From Candidatus Latescibacterota bacterium (GTDB taxonomy: Bacteria > Latescibacterota > UBA2968), in assembly GCA_965198115.1 (NCBI GenBank), contig OZ240241.1, positions 38,323 through 102,322 on the forward strand: 64,000 nt of DNA. Direction: 5' to 3'. The notes beneath the pieces were generated by a model, which was given only the letters and a program-made list of their open reading frames with translations, was not told where the DNA came from and did no database searches. The position numbers and the translations under genes are program-made. Of the stretch, positions 62,368 through 64,000 are shown piece after piece. Positions within the stretch are counted from its first letter, which is position 1. The number at the start of each line of letters is the position of its first letter.

Positions 62368-62806
62368 CGCATTGATCCGTATTCCGTTGTTCAAGGACAT
62401 CACCCCGACCGAGTGCAAGCCTTTGCTGAGCCTGTGCAAGCCGGCGGCCTATGAGGCCGGGACGAAGATCTATGAAGCCGGCTCACCCGGTACGGAGATG
62501 CTCATTCTCCTCAAAGGGTCGGTTCAGGTGGTTCTGCCCGAAGGCACCCAGGTGGCGACCGTTTCGGCGATCGACACGGTGGGAGAGATGGAGATCGTTT
62601 CCGCCCTTCAGAGAACGGCCGACATCGTGGCGGCCGAAGACGTGTCGGGTATGACGATCGGCAAGGGCGTTTTGGAGGGGCTCTTTCAAAACGAGCCCTA
62701 CCTGGGGATCAGTCTGCTGAGGAACATCGTCGAGAACATCGCCCATAAGTTGAGTGAGACGGATAAAGAGCTGGCCGCTCGGATCAGTCACGAGGGCAGA
62801 GGGTAG
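62351..62806 (+). CDS. cyclic-nucleotide-binding domain protein
   Basis: 151 aa. IPLFKDITPTECKPLLSLCKPAAYEAGTKIYEAGSPGTEMLILLKGSV...VGEMEIVSALQRTADIVAAEDVSGM. It overlaps the Crp gene stop by 17 nt. Confidence 0.8.
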   Translation: MQNLSDALIRIPLFKDITPTECKPLLSLCKPAAYEAGTKIYEAGSPGTEMLILLKGSVQVVLPEGTQVATVSAIDTVGEMEIVSALQRTADIVAAEDVSGMTIGKGVLEGLFQNEPYLGISLLRNIVENIAHKLSETDKELAARISHEGRG

Positions 62807-62808
62807 CG

Positions 62809-63807
62809 GTGACGGATGAACGTTTTCTGATTACGGGGGCACTCGGGTGCATCGGTGCCTGGGCGGTCCGAAATCTCGTGCGCGAGGGCGCGGGCGTGAC
62901 GGTTTTCGACTTGGATTCCGAACCGCGTCGGTTAAGGCTACTTCTGACGGACGAGGAGTTGGCGCAAGTCGGGTTCGTGGCCGGCGATATCACCGACCTC
63001 GCCAGTTTTGAGCGTGCCCTTGATGATCACGAGATTACTCACGTCATCCACCTCGCGGGGTTGCAGGTCCCGTTCTGCAAGGCCGATCCTCCACTCGGGG
63101 CGCGTGTGAACGTCGTGGGCACTGCCAACGTGTTCGAGGCCGTGAAGCGACGTAAGGATCGCATTTCTCGCGTGACCTACGCCAGTTCGATCGCCGTATT
63201 CGGCGCGCCCGAGGACTATGAGCCGGGCAAAGCGTTGACGGAGGACGACCGCCCGATTCCGCATACGCACTACGGCGTCTACAAACAGGCCAACGAGGGA
63301 ACGGCTCACGTCTACTGGGCCGATGACGGTCTTCCCTCTGTGGGACTCCGGCCCTACGTCGTGTATGGAGTTGCCAGAGACCAGGGTCTGTCGTCGACAC
63401 CGACGACGGCGATGCTGGCGGCGGCAGCCGAGTTGCCGTATCATATTTCCTATGGCGGCCGGACCGTGTTTCAATACGCTGAGGACACGGCGAATGCGTT
63501 CATTCAGAGTGCGCGCTCGTCGTATGAGGGTGCTGGAGCTTTCAATCTCAGCGGTCAGACGGTCCACATGCAGGAGCTCAAAGATGCCCTCGTTGAGGCC
63601 GTTCCCGATGCGGCCTCGTTGATTACGTTCGAGGACTTCCAGTTGCCCTTTCCGACAGAGATCGATGGGTCGGGCCTGGAGATCGCCGTGGGTCCGGTTA
63701 CACACAAGCCGCTCGAAGAAGGTGTTGCGGAAACGGTTGAGATGTTCCGCGAGCTCCTCGAGTCTGGAAGGATCGATGCCCGTCAGTATGTGGAGGAACG
63801 ATCTTAA
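62809..63807 (+). CDS. NAD-dependent epimerase/dehydratase (extended SDR)
   Basis: Rossmann motif FLITGALGCIGAWAVRNLV. The YxxxK motif lies in HTHYGVYKQANE. 332 aa, GTG start. Confidence 0.85.
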   Translation: MTDERFLITGALGCIGAWAVRNLVREGAGVTVFDLDSEPRRLRLLLTDEELAQVGFVAGDITDLASFERALDDHEITHVIHLAGLQVPFCKADPPLGARVNVVGTANVFEAVKRRKDRISRVTYASSIAVFGAPEDYEPGKALTEDDRPIPHTHYGVYKQANEGTAHVYWADDGLPSVGLRPYVVYGVARDQGLSSTPTTAMLAAAAELPYHISYGGRTVFQYAEDTANAFIQSARSSYEGAGAFNLSGQTVHMQELKDALVEAVPDAASLITFEDFQLPFPTEIDGSGLEIAVGPVTHKPLEEGVAETVEMFRELLESGRIDARQYVEERS

Positions 63808-63832
63808 GTCGGGACGAGCCGCGCCTTGTTCG

Positions 63833-63866
63833 AGCCGATCCTCCCGGATCGGCTTCGCTTTTTTAT
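63833..63866 (+). terminator. rho-independent terminator
   Basis: AGCCGATCC-TCCC-GGATCGGCT followed by TCGCTTTTTTATT, 26 nt after the SDR stop codon. Confidence 0.8.
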
Positions 63867-63884
63867 TGCCTGGGGAGGGTCTTT

Positions 63885-64000
63885 TTGCCGGACTATGATC
63901 TGATTGTTCGGGGTGGACACGTCATCGATTCTGCGAGCGGTCACGATGGTGTCGCGGACGTGGGTGTAAGAACCGGGCGAATCGGAGCCGTGGGAGAGAT
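63885..64000 (+). CDS. amidohydrolase-family protein, N-terminal fragment (runs off the window)
   Basis: A TTG start has GGAGGG about 8 nt upstream. LPDYDLIVRGGHVIDSASGHDGVADVGVRTGRIGAVGE is the typical start of D-aminoacylase/dihydroorotase-like amidohydrolases (D..I.GG.V.D........DV.I..G.I..IG). Confidence 0.6.
   Translation, partial: MPDYDLIVRGGHVIDSASGHDGVADVGVRTGRIGAVGE

Overview
The window has two parts. Nt 1 to about 46.4 kb is an accessory region saturated with insertion sequences, and it ends 28 bp from the 3' end of a tRNA-Val gene. Nt 46.4-64 kb is GC-richer and looks like ordinary chromosome. I count at least 15 IS copies or fragments from seven families. These are ISL3 (x4), two IS256-type elements (3 copies or fragments of type a plus a diverged a-prime copy, and 3 copies plus an end stub of type b), IS630 (x2), IS200/IS605 (x2, degenerate), a DDE-integrase IS, IS1182 (two separated halves) and IS3 (fragment). 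Most have target-site duplications (TSDs) that can be read directly. Between the IS copies lies a low-GC gene set of about 18 kb that I read as a radical-SAM peptide (RiPP-like) biosynthetic cluster. It contains a 47-aa Cys-rich peptide gene missing from the ORF track (13480..13623), a radical SAM/SPASM enzyme, an S41 peptidase, a GT1 glycosyltransferase, an ABC exporter and an FtsX permease. It also has two JmjC-type oxygenases, a NodU/CmcH carbamoyltransferase, a subtilase fused to a DUF1611-like domain, a translationally coupled acyl-carrier-like protein and a UPF0489 (C5orf22-like) protein. I do not know this combination from any characterised RiPP class, and it is my main candidate for a novel system. 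Every IS insertion in it is intergenic. Nt 31-45 kb is a mosaic of gene fragments with defence-type genes: a jelly-roll + NDT/TIR-like fusion, a HEPN/Abi-like protein, a DUF4268/NucS-like nuclease and an Mrr fragment. It also holds a 490-bp composite palindrome. The right-hand part carries six tandem PhyH-family dioxygenase paralogs (three frameshifted), two adjacent secreted repeat proteins that share a helical module, cNMP/Crp regulators, tRNA-Phe and housekeeping-type enzymes. Several frameshifts sit in homopolymer runs, so sequencing error and real decay cannot be separated from this sequence alone. All homology calls come from motif recognition by eye. No searches were run.
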